From assembly GCA_015680685.1 (NCBI GenBank), contig MNCI01001868.1, forward strand, positions 615,420 through 679,419: a stretch of DNA of 64,000 nucleotides. Reading direction: 5' to 3'. Below are positions 50,501 to 63,200 of this stretch, one piece after another (the stretch's first letter is position 1; the number at the start of each line of letters is the position of its first letter). A program made the translations under genes and the position numbers. The notes under the pieces were generated by a model. That model was not told the DNA's origin. It made no database searches and saw only the letters and a program-made list of their open reading frames with translations. This DNA is from Gnetum montanum. Taxonomy: Eukaryota > Plantae > Gnetophyta.

Positions 50501-53500
50501 TCGTGTCTCACCCTTTTTTTACCATGACAAATGTGTGGTAGGACCAGGATTTGCTGGTGTAGGAGGACCATAATCTGAACTTCCTTCTCTTTTATCTATA
50601 ATCCAGTTTGGTGTTGTTGCTGAACAGTTCTGGAAAGGAGATTTCATTTTTAGAACTTCTTGTTGCAAAAGGTTGTTGTTAGTTGAACTCTTGTATACAG
50701 CCCTGCCATATGACAATAACATTAAACAACTAAATGTAACCTTCATGTTGTTTCCGGTTAAGATAGGCTGTGTTATAGGTCTAAACAAACAGTTATCTAT
50801 TTTGTTGCAAAACTTGGAAGTTTGCTATATGTTAAGCAGAAATAAATTCGATTGCAGGCATTTTTTCAGAAGACATTCCGTTCTGCTGCTTTCCGCTGTA
50901 GTTATCCAGGATGTAATACTATTTTATTTATAATTGACAAATGCTATAGGATTATATTTAAGATGTTCTGCACGGTATGGTTCAGAATTAATCTCCATTT
51001 TCGTTCATCTTTGTTTAATGTCTTGTGCATGAAGTCTCTTATTATTTAAATTCTGCAAATCTTCACCCCCTCTGTCCAGGTTCCCATTTCAGGGTTGAAA
51101 GTCAAATAACAAATCCCCAAGATGACTGTTAAGGAGTTTGTGTTGGACATTATCTGTCACAAATCAAGTGGTGACAGTTTGGTTAAAAACTGAAACTGTG
51201 TGTGGACTTCTGTACCATTGTAATATGGTACATTCCTCAGTTATGTGAAACCCTGTTAATTGTAATCTAATTGTTGTCACATTATCGGAGTTCTTTTAAA
51301 TTCTGTAATTCAGATCTTAAAACTTAAATTTATCTGTCACACATCTTTTAAGTACAAATTGGCACATTCTAACATTTTTTCTTGAAAACAACTTTTAAAG
51401 TCACTAGTTGAAAAACGTCTTCAATCAAAGGCCCAAATTTACTTTGGGTCTGGTTACATGACCAAATTCCTAATTTCTAGTTGCACTCCACATCTGAAAC
51501 ACTTTGAAACTAAAATTGTTGTTAATTATATATGAGGCCTGAAGAATTTATTGGTCCAATTCAGTTTCAACAATCTTTTGCATAATGCTTGAATATCTCA
51601 ACCACAGCCTATCAGGATTGAACCTGTAACTTGTAAAATGCAAGCCCCACACCTTTCCCAACAAGAAATGTTATCATTAATAAAAATATTCCCATAAAAA
51701 ATAATGAAATAATACTAACAAATTCAAGGCCAGAAAATCTCTCAATGCAAACAGTTCTATTCCACGGGATTAATGAATACTTCAATCAGATGGTGATATT
51801 GATAAGGATATAAGAAATAGGGTTAAGGCAGGATGGTCAAAATGGAGATAGCCCAATGGCTTTTTTATGCAATAGGAAGATCCCAATAAAACAAAAAGAA
51901 AAAGTTTACAAGACATTGATTGGAATTACTATTTTATATGGTGTTGAATGGTGGGTTGTAAAAAGGAGATGGGCAACAAATCTATGTGACAGAAATGCAA
52001 ATACTTAGATGTTGAATGTTACAAAAGGAGACAAATTTTACAATACAGATATTAGAGGAAGATTAGAGTAGCCTCCCATCATTAAAGATAAGATACAAAA
52101 ATTCCAACTTAGACATTTGGTCATGTTCAAAGAAAATTAGATAATGAACATCCCAGTTCTAGGAAACCTGCTAAGATGAAGACCAAAAAAGATACAAGAA
52201 GAATAGGTTAGAGCAGATATAAAAACCTTGCAAATAAATCAAGCTTTAGCTCTTGATAAAGAGGTGAATGGAAAAAGAAAAGTCATACAACTGACTTCAT
52301 ATTGTTAGGGCAAGGCTCGGATGATGAAGGTAAAACTATTCAGTACGATCATTGGCTAATGCAGAATAGAGTGTGCACAGTCTCAAAACAGAGATCTGTA
52401 GTCAAAAGGATGTGAGAAAGGAGAACCAGGCGGACATCAAGTTACTTGTTTCAAAAAAGTTTGCTTGTATAACAGTCTCCGCAAAAAATCAAAATCTTCT
52501 TGTTACTTATTGAAATGGATCCCTTGCAACTTGCCAAAGATAATTATCTCCTATCATGACCCAAATATGTGAATAATAGCAAGAATGAAGAACACAAATT
52601 TTGAAAGGGAAAAAATATGCTTTGAAGTTGATTTTAATTTGTTTGATTTTTTGTAAAACATATGACTACCTTCTAGACACCACAATCCATGAACATAACT
52701 GTAATCCAGACATACTTTCCCGTGACATTTCTCTTTTTATTTGTAAATTTCCCAAAGATCAAATTTGCCAAAATGAGTTGTTCAAAAAAAGTGAAAAGCT
52801 ATCGTTTTCAGCAAATGATTTTGTTTTTATTTATTAAAAAGGAAAGAACCAATGGAAATCTTGTGTATTTAAGATAGCATACTTTGAGACCAACAGCTTC
52901 CAAGCTCTCCGTCACAAGTTCTGCTATTCTATCCATGGGCAAGTTAGACTGCTCATATCTGTGCCAGAACAAGAAAAAGTTGGAACAAAATAAAAATTCA
53001 GTTCTAAAATAGATGAAGCAAATTTAACCTAGAACTTCAGGAAAATAAGTTATAGCTTACAGCATGAAGCCAACATTTTCACGAACTGTCAAAGAGTCAA
53101 AAAGTGCAGCACTTTGAAATACCTGAGATAAAGAATGGGGGAAAATATATCGATAAACATAATCAAATAAACATGCAAAGTACACTGTTGCTAGAATTCC
53201 AAACATTTTCTGAAAAAGATGCTATCCCTAAGGGCTTTTTAAAATTAAGAAAACATCATTAAAATGACATCATCATCATCATGCCCCAACAAAATGAGGT
53301 CAGTTACATGAGTTCTCATTTGCCATTCATCTCTATGAAGAACTAGATCTTTGTTCATTTGCAATTTCTTCAGATCTTCTTCAATTATTAGAAAGAGAAA
53401 GGTGTGAATTATTTTAAAATTTCAATAACCCATTTTTAAAAAAATACAAAAGGTGGCCAGTTAATTTCACCAATAAGATTATCCTTTTCCTAGTTTTGGA

Positions 53501-56343
53501 ATAAGAGAATATGAGGTTATATAAAAGCCTTACACTTTGAAATTTTTAGCATACTCAAGCAAATAAAGCATGTCCTAATGCTTAAAAATTTAAAGATTGA
53601 GTAAAAGACAGACCAGGCCAATTCGTAAGCCTGATAATTCCTCGTCGCTAATTAGACCATGCCGTTTTTTACCACAAATGTAAAGATCACCCTGTATCAA
53701 CCACAGCCAAAAGACCCCAATTGTATTAGGGCAACGATAATACAATTAAACAGGAAAATCAAACAAATTAGAGGAAACCACCTTGTCAGGAGCAAGAAGA
53801 CCAGCCATTATTTTGAGGATGGTAGACTTGCCAGTTCCAGAGGGACCAATAATGCCAACAGCCTCTCCATGTCTAATCTGTCAAGTCATAATGGCAAACG
53901 AATTAGAAAGCTTACAGTGGACACTTGGAATTAAAGGTAAGAAGCGAGGTGCTAGTTGTTGATGACTGACTCATGGATACTCAAACATAGAAAGCAGAAG
54001 TACTACAAATAAAAAGGGATTTTGTCAACTTATAATGCATGAAAATTGGTCAATTCTTTAATGAATGTCAACGATTTTGGTGGCTTGTTTCCTTAGACTT
54101 ATACAAATTCTTTGTACGGCTGATTTTTCTAATTTCCTTATAAACTGCTTATGGCAGATTTGCTTTTGTTACTTCTGATTCAGCTTTTGACTGCAATCCC
54201 TTGTGGTATCTTTCTTGAATTATAAACTTGCCTTTCATATCTACATTTATAACAAGAGTACATTCTATTCTACCTAAGATAAGATAGTGAAATACACGTC
54301 TATCTTGTTAAAGGAGCTATGAAATAAAATTTTTACTATCTTGGGGGAAAGGTGTCAAGTTGTTTTTAAAATAGAAGGTAAGGCAAAAGGATGTCATACC
54401 ATAGAATGCCACTCATGATCCCATCAGAGAACGTTGAAAATGATACAATCAAAACGATGTAAACAAGTATACAAAAAAAATCCTAATCATCAACAAAGAT
54501 AAAACTACAATGTTGCTAAATAAAAATACAGAAAATAGCATAATTAATCATCTATTACTTCTTCTCATGTTTGAGTTACCTAAAGTACAATAAAAAGCCA
54601 AATCATTTTTTTAAAATAAAAGAATCACAATACAAAATATTATAGTACCTTAAAGCTGACGCCTCTTAGTACATGCTTTTCACCAAAAGACTTATGAATA
54701 TTTCTGCATTCAATGAGTACATCCGTATCGTATTTGGGCTCATTATTTATTGTTACCTCTTCCAGTTTTCTAGCGTCAGAATACTGCAAAAACATAACAT
54801 AAACTCTTAATAACATATTTAGATGAAAAAAATGAGTGCCAAAAATAGCCCACTTCTATGAGAGCAAGAATTTCAACAGAAATCCAACGGTTTCGATTCT
54901 CAGATAATTGTAAACATACGATCATATTTGAATGATTGTCCTGACATTGATTTACAGACCCAAAGCTAATACAAATCACAACACAGTGAAAAGAATTTAA
55001 TGCCTTTATGTAAAGTGAGAGACTATGTAGTTATTATGAATAAAAATAAAACAGCATTTCACATCGTGAACGAAAATGACAAACTCAGCAAACCATACTA
55101 GGCCAGTACGTAATCTACCAATGAATATAACTGGTTCATTATCACATCTAAGTCTTATATCATCTACTTAAGATCAGCTTTGAATGTCTCCTTTCAACCT
55201 TTAGATGTCTCCAGTCATAGCTACTTAATCACTACAAAATCCATGTAAGGGAACCATATAGCTTGCTAGAAGAACATGAACAGACACTAGGAACTGATGA
55301 AGTAAAGGACTTTGTTTCTTGTCTTTTGCAACCATCCCTCTTTCATACTTGTAAATAAACTTATTGCGATCAGCGTATCTATACAGATGGTCATAACAAC
55401 AGTCATACTACTGATCCATGTATCTAATTCGAATCATGATAATGAGGAAATAGTTGGTGTAGACAAATTCAATTCAAAATTTGATTTTCTCTTATCATGA
55501 ATTAAATCTTTCTGCCAACACAGGTTTATTACATCATTTGCTACACATGGCTATTACTGAATATTTTATGTGCTAAATATGTATAGTTTTTTCGGTACAG
55601 TTGTTTCATCAAACACATCCTTCGGGTCTCTTTTCAGCAAGTAATAAGAGATTCAGTTTCATTTGACTGTGATATGGGAAAAATAGGTGTTAATTAACTT
55701 TTAACAAAAATTATCATGTTAATTGAAAGTCCTGTTAGGATATTCTAAAATTGAAGTTCCTAATCCTGATTTTGACATCCCTTTGCAGCTACTCCTCAAA
55801 ATCAAGCTGCTAACATTGCAGAAATACCGATGTAAATACATCCCAAAAATATATATGCTGATTTGGATGTACCAAAATGAAAACTTACGCGAGTTGTACT
55901 GGATAATGATGCTTGACAATATGCTCTAGATGATGAGGATCTGATGCTAGGGACTTGCGCTTTTCCTCTCATGCGCCAGAACCTGTCATGCATCCGATTG
56001 GAACCCATCTTCCAATTCAAATTGAGCAGAGTCCAAGAATTTCTCTGGATTGCGAGTACGGACATCCATGGCACACTCACGCAAGAACACGTACAGCATA
56101 CTTTTTTATGCAGGCATGTCTAAGTTTCATTCCAGAAATATTAGTAAAGTGTGAGTTGTGATCTTCCAAAGCAAAGTAGAAAACATAACAAATCCAAATG
56201 AAAATGCCAACCAATTTGAGAGAGATCTGTGATTAGAGATTACAGAACAGAAATGCAAATACCTCAAAGAACGACGATTCAGTGTGTCTGACAGGCCTCC
56301 ATGTATGAGACAGCATACCAAATTGTAAGGATGCTGCTGCCAT
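41512..56343 (-). CDS. TGD3: Trigalactosyldiacylglycerol 3, chloroplast ABC-type lipid transport ATPase (ABCI13/NAP11 family); multi-exon gene span
   Basis: Nine in-phase GT-AG exons give an intact nucleotide-binding domain: Walker [11 protein letters not shown]-loop [11 protein letters not shown], signature LSGGMKKRV, Walker [13 protein letters not shown]-loop VVTHQ, C-terminus [12 protein letters not shown]; N-terminal exons less certain. Confidence 0.95.
41650..41734 (-). CDS. TGD3: TGD3 exon [28 protein letters not shown]
   Basis: AG/GT boundaries, phase consistent. Confidence 0.93.
41861..42036 (-). CDS. TGD3: TGD3 exon, Walker B / H-loop
   Basis: [42 protein letters not shown]. Confidence 0.96.
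42201..42712 (-). mobile_element. Copia-type solo LTR remnant in TGD3 intron
   Basis: acacagagatttatgtggttcgg..cctacctccac U5-like motif, minus-strand TATA at ~42673, TGTTA/TAACA ends; no TSD found. Confidence 0.55.
43450..43625 (-). mobile_element. tRNA-derived SINE-like element, copy 1
   Basis: A-box TAGCTTAATGG and B-box GGTTTGATT; homologous to 48403-48600. Confidence 0.6.
44385..44895 (+). mobile_element. 5'-truncated RTE-clade LINE with 17-bp TSD
   Basis: [31 protein letters not shown]; tail tgggataaggct..(gat)n; TSD AATTTAGCTTTCTATTT at 44368-44384 and 44896-44912. Confidence 0.92.
45846..45953 (-). CDS. TGD3: TGD3 exon, ABC signature
   Basis: [36 protein letters not shown]. Confidence 0.96.
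48403..48600 (+). mobile_element. tRNA-derived SINE-like element, copy 2
   Basis: ggtgttagcttagtggtaag (A box) and agtttgattc (B box); body shared with 43450-43625. Confidence 0.6.
51780..52328 (+). mobile_element. 5'-truncated RTE-clade LINE, copy 2
   Basis: [27 protein letters not shown]; tail gggcaaggctcggatgatga. Confidence 0.85.
52883..52958 (-). CDS. TGD3: TGD3 exon [25 protein letters not shown]
   Basis: AG/GT boundaries, in phase. Confidence 0.93.
53061..53122 (-). CDS. TGD3: TGD3 exon, Q-loop
   Basis: [21 protein letters not shown]. Confidence 0.95.
53268..53395 (-). mobile_element. RTE LINE 3' end fragment
   Basis: (cat)n tail plus reverse complement of the RTE 3' UTR seen at 44820-44895. 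Confidence 0.6.
53614..53691 (-). CDS. TGD3: TGD3 exon [26 protein letters not shown]
   Basis: AG/GT boundaries, in phase. Confidence 0.93.
53782..53877 (-). CDS. TGD3: TGD3 exon, Walker A
   Basis: [32 protein letters not shown]. Confidence 0.96.
54649..54783 (-). CDS. TGD3: TGD3 exon [34 protein letters not shown]
   Basis: AG/GT boundaries; conserved start of the nucleotide-binding domain. Confidence 0.93.
55889..56119 (-). CDS. TGD3: Probable TGD3 transit-peptide exon (acceptor uncertain)
   Basis: Open frame ..[30 protein letters not shown] ending at strong donor GTAAGT, phase 0 with the next exon. Confidence 0.5.
56263..56343 (-). CDS. TGD3: Probable TGD3 first coding exon [27 protein letters not shown]
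   Basis: acaATGGCA start context, transit-peptide-like MAAAS, GT donor. Confidence 0.6.
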
Positions 56344-58259
56344 TGTAAATTCTGATTTGGTCAATTCACTGGACCTCGCAAAAGCTTCTACTTATCATCT
56401 ATATTCTTCTGTGAAGCTAGAAAGAATACGCCAGGGATTACGTGAAATATTAAATGTAGAACCCTTACAAACCTGCCTCAACCGGTAATATTCAATTCAA
56501 ACAACAAAAGGTTTGAAATTTCTACACGGCTGGCATGATTAATCCGCGACATTAAGGTAAAACTAATGTACAATGTCTAAATAATTAACATTGAACCAAC
56601 TTTCACACAGCAATCTCGGTCAATGACATTTTATGAAAAACGTGATCAACATGCACGCAAACGTATTTCTTCTCCGACCGAATAGATAAGTAAAGTATCG
56701 CAAACTGTATAAGTAGTCCGCCAACGAAATAAAGAAAAGGAGAAAAAGCACAAAAAAAAGGTCCACAAAAAAATGAAAAAATAAACTTCCGCCAAAGCAT
56801 CTGGACGCAAGAATCTCCGCAAGCGTTAAGCCCATGCTAAACGTAAACAGTAAAAATACGAAAATTTATAGAGCAGACCAGAATGTGTGGACAGAAGTCG
56901 CGAGAAATTTTCAAAATAAAATGCTCCTAATTAAATAATCGAGAACGCATGGCCATTAATGTTTTTTCAGAAACGACGTTTCACTGAAGTTACGTCGGAA
57001 CTGGACTAAAGCATGAACTCGATAAACTTCTGTCTAATAGCCTTAATGCGTTAAGTAACGACCAAAGGTCAATTTGGAAAATTACAAAAACGTATTGCTA
57101 TGTTGTTCATACTTTAACAAAGTTGTGAAAATTTATTAAAAATGCAAATTTTGAAATGAAATAATGGAATGAAGATTTCTTGCATTTGGAGATCCATAGA
57201 TCTATTTAAGAGATATTACATTTTTATGAAAAATAAAGAGAGATTTTACAAATTGACCAAGCACCAATGGGGCATCAAAAACAAATCATACAAGCTTATT
57301 TGTTGTAACATTATAATGTTGTCTCAAATAGGTAATCACGACACAAGAAAGAAACACATGTAACTCATCTTCAAGGGCTCCTATTATGCACAACCTACAA
57401 ATGAGCTCTTCTCGAGGGAGTTGAATCCATCTCCCACTTTTAATTATAAGATGACAAGAACTTAAGTGTATCTTGTTGATAGTATTCTGATACTTGATTG
57501 GAATAGCAGCTAAGAGATGGTGAACTTTTTACATCTAGTCTATTAGATCTAATGTGGTGTAAATAAAATTATCTCTTGCCTTCCATACTAGACCACATCT
57601 GTGTTAAAACCTTCTACTTGACCAATTGGCAAATATGCTCAAGATTTTGTTGCACATCCTTCCAAGAGATATTGTATTTCCTCAACCATTGCATTCCCTG
57701 AAAATACTAATCATAGTCTTGCAAATCCTCAAGAACTACTTTAAAGAATTTGTGTCTTGCCTTGAGATATGCATGTTATGAGTGTCTGTAATGAATTGGC
57801 ACAAGGCTTCTGCTTATAAAGGTAATAAATCACATTCACATAATAACATTGGGGAAGGTGTTTGTATCTTCACCTTTAACTCATCAAAAAGAAAAGCTTT
57901 TTGCATTCTTTCAATCTCTTTCAATAAATTTTAAATATTATTATAATATCATATTTCTATAACATTCTAGTTACTTTTTCAAATATATCGTTAATGTAAG
58001 GAATACAATGTTTTGTATGTTATGGTATTAATTATTTACATCTAATGGTGAAGTGTTAGTGTAGTTATAAGAGAAGTTGCACTTTCTAGGTTTAATTTTA
58101 GTGGGTAGTGCTAAGAAAGTTAAGGGTTCAATTTTGATGAGCAAATGCTCACTTATAAAATTTTTATTTGACTATAGAAAGTTTGGGGAAAAAATATGTT
58201 AACAGATTTAAATTTTAGACCATCGCTGAATAATAAAATTTTAGTTTTAATTTCAATTT

Positions 58260-58883
58260 TGATGAGCAGCAAGATACCTCTATGCCCAACCATATAAATC
58301 ACAAGCTTCATGCACGATCCAGTCAAATTTTGTGGATGAGACTAGTTGTGCCTCTAAATCATTATGCCTTGATTGTAGTTTGTTGTCTTCCCACTTAGAC
58401 TAGTGGTAGCTTTGTCATGTATGGTTTAGTCCAAAGTGAGGCATATAATAATTGATGTTGTTTGGCCTTAAGCTACTCCTACTGATGATAAAGAAATTAA
58501 TTGTTTAATCTAATTAACAATGGAAATTAACGTTTAACTAGCCTATGTGCAATGAGTATCTGTTCCTAACCTTCCATACATGCCTTGGACTTCGTGCAAC
58601 TACCGCTGGGGTTGCCAAGTGTATCATTACTAGGCATACCAAACAATAACACTATTGGGTTACCAAGTAGTTACACTTAAGTGCTTGCGATTAGTCGTAC
58701 TCATTCCACTTAATGACAAAAATAATAAAGCAATAACAATAATAGTAAGCTAAGTGGATGTTGTAATGATGGAAGTAATGAATCATGCATCCAAGTGTGG
58801 TATTTTATAGGCTAAGTATTTTATAGGCTAACATGCAAGGGACAATATCGGATCCCCAACATCGCGACCCCAATATCAGATAC
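58260..58883 (-). mobile_element. Athila-family LTR A, interrupted at 58883
   Basis: TGATGAG terminus at 58260 and homology to the LTR at 17987-18918; breaks inside its GATATC-type array. Confidence 0.8.
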
Positions 58884-60251
58884 TGATGAGTGGCAAGGTA
58901 CCCCTACACTCAACCATACGAATACGAGCGTCTCACGCACGATCCGATCGAACTCCAAGGACTAAGTGCTTATGCATCTTAATGGAACACTTATGGTTAA
59001 TCAATCATTGTCTTCCCAACCTTACTTATATTGTCATGGTTGTATGGTTAAGTGAGCTTGAGGTATGTGATTTTTATATCTTTTATCTTTTTAACACCTA
59101 CGCTAATAGGGAAAGGGTGAAGAGACTAAGTGACTAACTTATATTAACTATTCACTGACTAAGTTCTAATTACCCTAGCACTAGTATTAGTTCCCACTTG
59201 CTGCACACACCCTGAACTAGTGCAATGTTGCTAAGATTACCAAACGCTATTTGTTACTAGGTTACCAAGCATTACACACGTGCTCGAAGTAGTTGTACTG
59301 AATGCACTTAACTAGGAGAGTCAAGGGTTGAGAGAGATTAATTATCTAGGAAAGCATTTAAACATTTAACAATAATTAAATCCTATTTAGCTTCGTCCAT
59401 ATGCTGCAAGGTTTATTAGAAAGTTCGTCTTTATTTCCATACACAAATGTGTGCTCAGGTACAATTTGCTCAAATAAAGATCTGTTCACTTTAAGACTCC
59501 TACTGTAGGCACATGGAAATTATTCTAACTCTAGAATGGTAAAACTACTATAGTTTGGCTAAGGGTCTAGATCTAGATGATTGAACAGGGGAAAGCTGCC
59601 TCTTATTTATAGACATGACGGCAGGCTACGATATCGCATACGCAATATCACGTACGCGATATCGCTGCTCATCATACCCCCATGACTGAATGAAAACTCG
59701 TCCTCAAGTTCCTTACAAAATATTGGGAAGGTATGGGATTATTGACTTGAATGATACTAATGGTGAATGGGGTGACATGTGAACGGATCATCATTACAGT
59801 ACATGACAAAATTAGTGTTCATGACAACAAGAATGAACACTAAACACATTTGACATCCAACCTTATTTGGCAGCTGAGAGAGAAGAGAGAAGAGAGAGAG
59901 AAAAGAAGAAGTCTATTGCTGCCGACGCCAAGATTGTGCCTTTCGTTGTTTGTCTATAAGTGTGCCATCAATCTTGTTCCTTGCATAATTACTTCAACAC
60001 CAGTCCATTCCAAGTGTTCCCTCTAGATCCAATCCGTTGTTGTATGATTGCCATCTGCACACACAACACAGTCTTATATTAGCAAGGGTAAATGAATCAC
60101 AATGCAGTTGATACCTTGCCTCAGTGTAAGGTCCATTGGCTGAGTTGTGATATGGCTAATGCAGATTCTAGAGATATAACACTGGTGACTACCCAAGGTG
60201 TAGGGGTTAAGAGAAAATTGAAAAAATTGGACCAGGACCCCCATGAAAAAA
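58884..60251 (-). mobile_element. Athila-family element B: 3' LTR 58884-59674 plus adjacent internal sequence
   Basis: TGATGAG/CTCATCA termini, PPT tcatgggggta, GATATC array at 59628-59665. Confidence 0.88.
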
Positions 60252-63200
60252 TGACGAGTGGAGAGGTACCCCTACATTCAACCATACAAATACGAGCATT
60301 ACACGTGCGATCTGGTCAAACTTCGTAGACGGACTAGTTGTGGCATCTAGACAGTTAGCCTTAGGTCGTAGTTCGTTGTCTTCCCACCTGGACTTGTGTT
60401 AACTTGTCATGTATGGTTTAGTCTAGAATGAGGTCTATGATGTGTTTCTATGCTAATGCTACTCCTGAAGGCAATGGAAGATAATATTAACTAAGCTAAG
60501 AGAGAAGGGTGAGAGAGAATCTAAGCTAGCCTAAGTGCGATGAGCATCCATTCCTTGATCATCCGTACACATCTTGGACTTCGTGCACGACTACCACTGG
60601 GATTACCAAGTGCAGATCCTAGGTATGCTACTGGGTTACCAAGTAGTCACACTTAAATGCTCGTAATCAAGTTGTACTCATTCTGCGTTTAACAGGAGTT
60701 TAAGGGTGAGAAGAGATTAACTAAGAAAGCAGTAAATAACAATTAAATAAATAATTAAGCTAAGTGAATGCTGCAATGATGAAGTAATCTCGATCTTTAT
60801 TGTCGATCATGTGTGTGTCCAAGTACATCAGACTCGAATAAAGGATGCCGTACAATTACATTCACCACACTACGGGCATACACTAGGAGGAAAAAAGTTG
60901 AGAGAAAGAAATTAAACACTTAACTAAGAACTGAAAAACTAACTGATTACTACTCCTATCAGAACTACCTATCTCTTATTTATAAATGAGGAGACAAGCT
61001 ACGATATTGCGTATGCGATATCGTGGTGGACAAAATTACGACTCATCATACCCCCACAACTGAGTGAAAACTCATCCTTGAGTTACAGTGAGAACAAGCT
61101 CCATTGATTACACAGTGGATAGGTACAAGATTATTGGATGGTGAAAATGGGTTTATGCCATAGTGTGGAATGAAAACAAAATTGAGACATAACACAAAGA
61201 AAATTCTATAACTACAAAATTGGTGAAACTCATGTAGTTCTTGGTGGCGATGGCTCCTCCATAGGTGCTTTCCCCTTGTCTTGTGCTCCAGGTTTTGGGA
61301 CTTGGTGGCGTTGAAGTATGGCTTGGAGTTTCTCCTCTTCAGTTCAAGGATCTTGTGTCATCCATGCTAATTTTTCGATGTTTGATGAAGTTGACACCTC
61401 CCATGGGCAGGGTAGTTGCAGAAACATTTGATTTGCCTTGACATACCAGGCCACAAATACCCATCATTCCTCCTCATAGGCTTTGAATTTATCCTTGTAT
61501 TCTTGGAAATCCACAAGCCATCGAGCCAAATCCATTGTGAGACCTTTTTATCCTTGGTAGCTTGCTTTCACCACCTCAAGTTCAGAATTTTCGATCTCCA
61601 GTTTTTGCAATAACTTCTTATGTTCTACAAATTTTGTTTCATATTTGATGTAGGTGGTAGCTACCTGTTGCTCGAGCTCTGTTCTCGGGCATCCTGCTGT
61701 TAACATGGCAAGGTTGGCATATTGCAGGTTTGCCAACTCCATGTATTCTATAAGATCTTGAATCTGCAGGTCCTGGTTCTTAACTTCCGCCTGGTGGGCT
61801 AAGGCATATGTGTCCAATATGGCCCGCCAGTCAGTGTGTTGAGCACTAATAGCATTGATGTGGGCCTTGGCCATATGGATCTCCTTCTCAAGGATCTGTT
61901 TGTACATCCCCACCTGGTCTCAAGAATGCTCCTTTAGCTTTTTCATGCCATTTAGCCTCATTTTGCCACACACCTATTTCGCTAGCTATCTTTTGGCGAA
62001 TGGCTCATACCTCCTCCATTAAGAGGGTTTGATTCTCCCTAGCTAAACAACTCATGTCTTGGTTGACCTGAATGAATTGTTCTTGCAACTAATGAAAGTG
62101 TTCTTTGAGAACATTCTTTTGCTTCTCCACGGAGGTCAATCGAAGGTTGTCGGCAACAAGCTGCTTGTTTTCTTCTTGTAAGGCCTTGAGTGCCTTGTTA
62201 TGCACATGAGTTTGCGCTTGTGCTACAGAGGAATCCCAAACAACCTTCTCTTTTTATTTAGCCATCTTTTTATTCTCCATTAATAGCTTGGTTAGTTGCT
62301 TAGTTTTGAACTTGTCCGGCTGGTCTACGGGAACAAATTGCAAAGGGTCCCGCTGTGCTGCTTGTAGGGCCACGAGCTGTTCTTGCAATTTTTGCACTTC
62401 TGCTTCAACATGCTTAACCCTCACTTCTGTTAAGACTAGCTTCCCCTTAGTGGAAATGAGGTCTGATTGAATTGCTGTAACATCTTGAGGGATGTCAAAC
62501 AGGGACGTCATTACTTGTCCTATTTGTAGCAATCAATCAAGCACATCCTCATGTTCTGCAGGAGTCATTGAGGTTTCGGCCAAAGTTTGAGCATCCTATG
62601 CTCTCGTGAGATCTACCGATGGTACAACAAGTACATTGAACAATTCCTTAATGTGGTCTGCAACCACTTCTGCGGCTTTCGCTGCATCCTGGTGTTGCAT
62701 GACCACCACTATGGCCCCTTCACCAGTTTCTAATTACACTTGGAAAGATGCAGCATTTCCTGAGATCTGTTGTGACCAAATACTTTCCCCTCCTCCTGTA
62801 CGGATGGACACTTCACCCCTTGTATGATCCAAAGAAACTATGGGCTATATGGCATCATCAATGATGCGAAAGAGATTTGCGTCATCACGACTTCCCCAAT
62901 TGACCATCTCAGCGATGGTCCTAAGATGGCTCATCAACAGTCTGTAATCTTGCAGTGGTGGTGGTTGATCCTTGCCTGTGCTAGGCCCTGCTTCCTATTG
63001 TTGGCTGGGTCCTGTACTTGGAAGTTGGCTGGGCCTTGCAAGTTGGGTTGTAGTTGGTCCAACCATCTATTCTTTTTCTTGTTCTAGTCCCAGCATCTCA
63101 CCAGTGATTTTTCTTGCAGCTGGTGGGTTTAACAATTTAGCATATGAAGCATTTTGGGCTTTTTGGAGGACATCATTAGTGTATCCTCTAATACCATCAC

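Noticed and set aside
49520-51374. Gypsy zinc-knuckle ([10 protein letters not shown]), PPT and LTR remnants in the TGD3 intron
   Set aside because: Too fragmentary to define boundaries or TSDs
53659-53934. Plus-strand 91-aa ORF
   Set aside because: Antisense shadow of TGD3 exons
57500-57930. L1 LINE C-terminal remnant (LLKEIERMQKAFLF)
   Set aside because: Single short motif; insufficient support
58883-58900. CTGATGAG as a hammerhead ribozyme core (retrozyme)
   Set aside because: It is flanking C plus the LTR terminus TGATGAG; no stem II/GAAA arrangement seen
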